Below, in pieces: positions 62,577 through 64,000 of a stretch of DNA of 64,000 bases (positions are counted from its first letter, which is position 1; every line of letters begins with the position of its first letter). The notes under the pieces are model-generated. The model ran no database searches. It was not told the DNA's origin and worked only from the letters and a program-made list of their open reading frames with translations. The translations under genes were made by a program, and so were the position numbers. Location: positions 82,537 through 146,536 of the forward strand of contig JBQTHU010000061.1 of NCBI GenBank assembly GCA_052389535.1, given 5' to 3'. Source of the stretch: Betaproteobacteria bacterium. GTDB lineage: Bacteria > Pseudomonadota > Gammaproteobacteria > Burkholderiales > SG8-41.

Positions 62577-63749
62577 ATGCGCGTGCGCTGCATCGCCCAC
62601 CTCGACATGGACGCCTTCTACGCGTCCGTCGAACTGCTGCGCTATCCGGAGCTGCGCGGCAGGCCGCTCGTGATCGGCGGGCGGCGCGCGAGCGAAGGCG
62701 CGGGTGACATACCGACACTGCGCGACTACAGCGGGCGCGGCGTCATCACCACCGCCACATACGAAGCGCGTGCTTTCGGCGTGCACTCGGGGATGGGGCT
62801 CATGAAAGCGGCGCGCCTCGCGCCGGACGCGCTGCTGCTGCCTGCGGATTTCGACGAGTATCGCCGCTACTCGCGCCTTTTCAAGGAAGCGGTGCGGACG
62901 GTCGCGCCGCACATCGAGGATCGCGGCATCGACGAGATCTACATCGATCTCACCGAACTGGTGGACGCCGCCGCGGCCGACGGGCCGCCCGACCCGTGGG
63001 CCCGAGCGCGCACCGTCGCGCTCGACATCCAGCGCGCAGTGCGCGACGCCACCCGACTCTCGTGCTCGATCGGGGTCACGCCCAACAAGCTGCTCTCCAA
63101 AATCGCTTCGGAAATGGACAAGCCCGGCGGCATCACCGTGCTCACGGAGGCCGACGTGCCGGCGCGCGTGTGGCCGCTCGCAGTGCGCAAGGTGAACGGC
63201 ATCGGCCCGAAAGCGGCGGCGCGGCTCGATGCGCTCGGCATACGCACCATTGGCGAGCTGGCGCGGGCCGATCCCGCGCTTCTGATTGCGCAGTTCGGAA
63301 CGATCTACGGGCGCTGGATGCACGAGGCGGCGCACGGCCGCGATGAGCGACCGGTCGTCATCCACAGCGAGTCGAAGTCGATCAGCCGCGAGACGACCTT
63401 CGAGCAGGATCTGCACCCGGTACACGACCGGGACCGGCTGTCGCAGGTTTTCACCGAGCTGTGCGTCCACGTCGCCGCCGATCTCGCGCGCAAGCACTAC
63501 GCCGGCAGGACCATCGGCCTCAAGATCCGCTACGACAATTTCAAGACCGTGACGCGCGACCGCACGCTCGATGTGGCGACGGCGGACGCGGCCACCATAC
63601 GGCGGGCGGCGGGCGAGTGCCTCAAGCGCGTGCCGCTCGACCGGCGCATCCGCCTGCTCGGCGTGCGCGTCGGGGGGCTTACCCGGCACGCGAGCGATGC
63701 GAATCCTGTCGCGCCGCAAGAGGCGCCGGAGCCGACGCTGCTCGATTGA
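62577..63749 (+). CDS. dinB: DNA polymerase IV (Y family)
   Basis: HLDMDAFYASVE, YEAR..G, IDEIYID, KIASEMDKP, RLLGV. Confidence 0.95.
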   Translation: MRVRCIAHLDMDAFYASVELLRYPELRGRPLVIGGRRASEGAGDIPTLRDYSGRGVITTATYEARAFGVHSGMGLMKAARLAPDALLLPADFDEYRRYSRLFKEAVRTVAPHIEDRGIDEIYIDLTELVDAAAADGPPDPWARARTVALDIQRAVRDATRLSCSIGVTPNKLLSKIASEMDKPGGITVLTEADVPARVWPLAVRKVNGIGPKAAARLDALGIRTIGELARADPALLIAQFGTIYGRWMHEAAHGRDERPVVIHSESKSISRETTFEQDLHPVHDRDRLSQVFTELCVHVAADLARKHYAGRTIGLKIRYDNFKTVTRDRTLDVATADAATIRRAAGECLKRVPLDRRIRLLGVRVGGLTRHASDANPVAPQEAPEPTLLD

Positions 63750-63755
63750 ACGGCA

Positions 63756-64000
63756 TCATCGAGCCTTCGCCATCGCGTAGGCTTGATCGACGGTGCGCAT
63801 CGCGCGGTAGCAGTCCGCGGGTCCCGCTGCGGGCGGCTCGCCTTTCTGCCAGCGCGCGAGTGCGTCGCGCAGCGCGACCGCAGGGAGCGGTTCCGCGGGC
63901 GGCCCGGCGAGTTCCTGCGCCCCGGAGGCGGTTACGCAGGCGAGTGCGCCTTCGCGCTGCTGCAGCAGCGCGTCGCGCCCCGCGAGCTTCCATTCCGCAT
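63756..64000 (-). CDS. C-terminal fragment of a probable Gfo/Idh/MocA oxidoreductase (runs off window)
   Basis: Open frame ending ...GEPPAAGPADCYRAMRTVDQAYAMAKAR*. Confidence 0.5.
   Translation of the reverse strand, partial: AEWKLAGRDALLQQREGALACVTASGAQELAGPPAEPLPAVALRDALARWQKGEPPAAGPADCYRAMRTVDQAYAMAKAR

Overview
High-GC betaproteobacterial chromosome segment. The left ~25 kb is core genome: the end of the dcw cluster (murC-murB-ddl-ftsQAZ-lpxC), dciA, an M23 peptidase, secA, argJ, a DUF815 ATPase, a Nudix fusion, yacG-zapD-coaE-pilD-pilC (no pilB), a CNNM/CorB protein, a CcsA-like protein, ffh and rpsP-rimM-trmD-rplS. The rest is accessory metabolism. Two main results. (1) A hidden exported thioredoxin-fold protein at 57156-57614 (-), which the ORF caller splits at an in-frame TGA. 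The TGA sits at the first position of the redox motif (U-G-A-C) and is followed by SECIS-like hairpins, so this is a probable selenoprotein. (2) A GntR-controlled cluster at 25169-37134 that joins sulfolactate sulfo-lyase (suyAB), a ComC-like dehydrogenase and a TauE sulfite exporter to paralogous succinate-dehydrogenase-like and class I fumarase-like subunits. It suggests a TCA-mimic route: 3-sulfopropionate -> sulfoacrylate -> (R)-sulfolactate -> pyruvate + sulfite. Other observations: a 379-bp MITE-like element, a duplicated ddl 5' end that creates a coupled mini-ORF, a terminator hairpin just before secA, a RelE/ParE toxin-antitoxin pair inside a CoA-catabolic operon, a DUF3182/hydrolase pair, an FtsH paralogue, ppdK and dinB. 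All assignments come from reading motifs by eye; no database searches were run.
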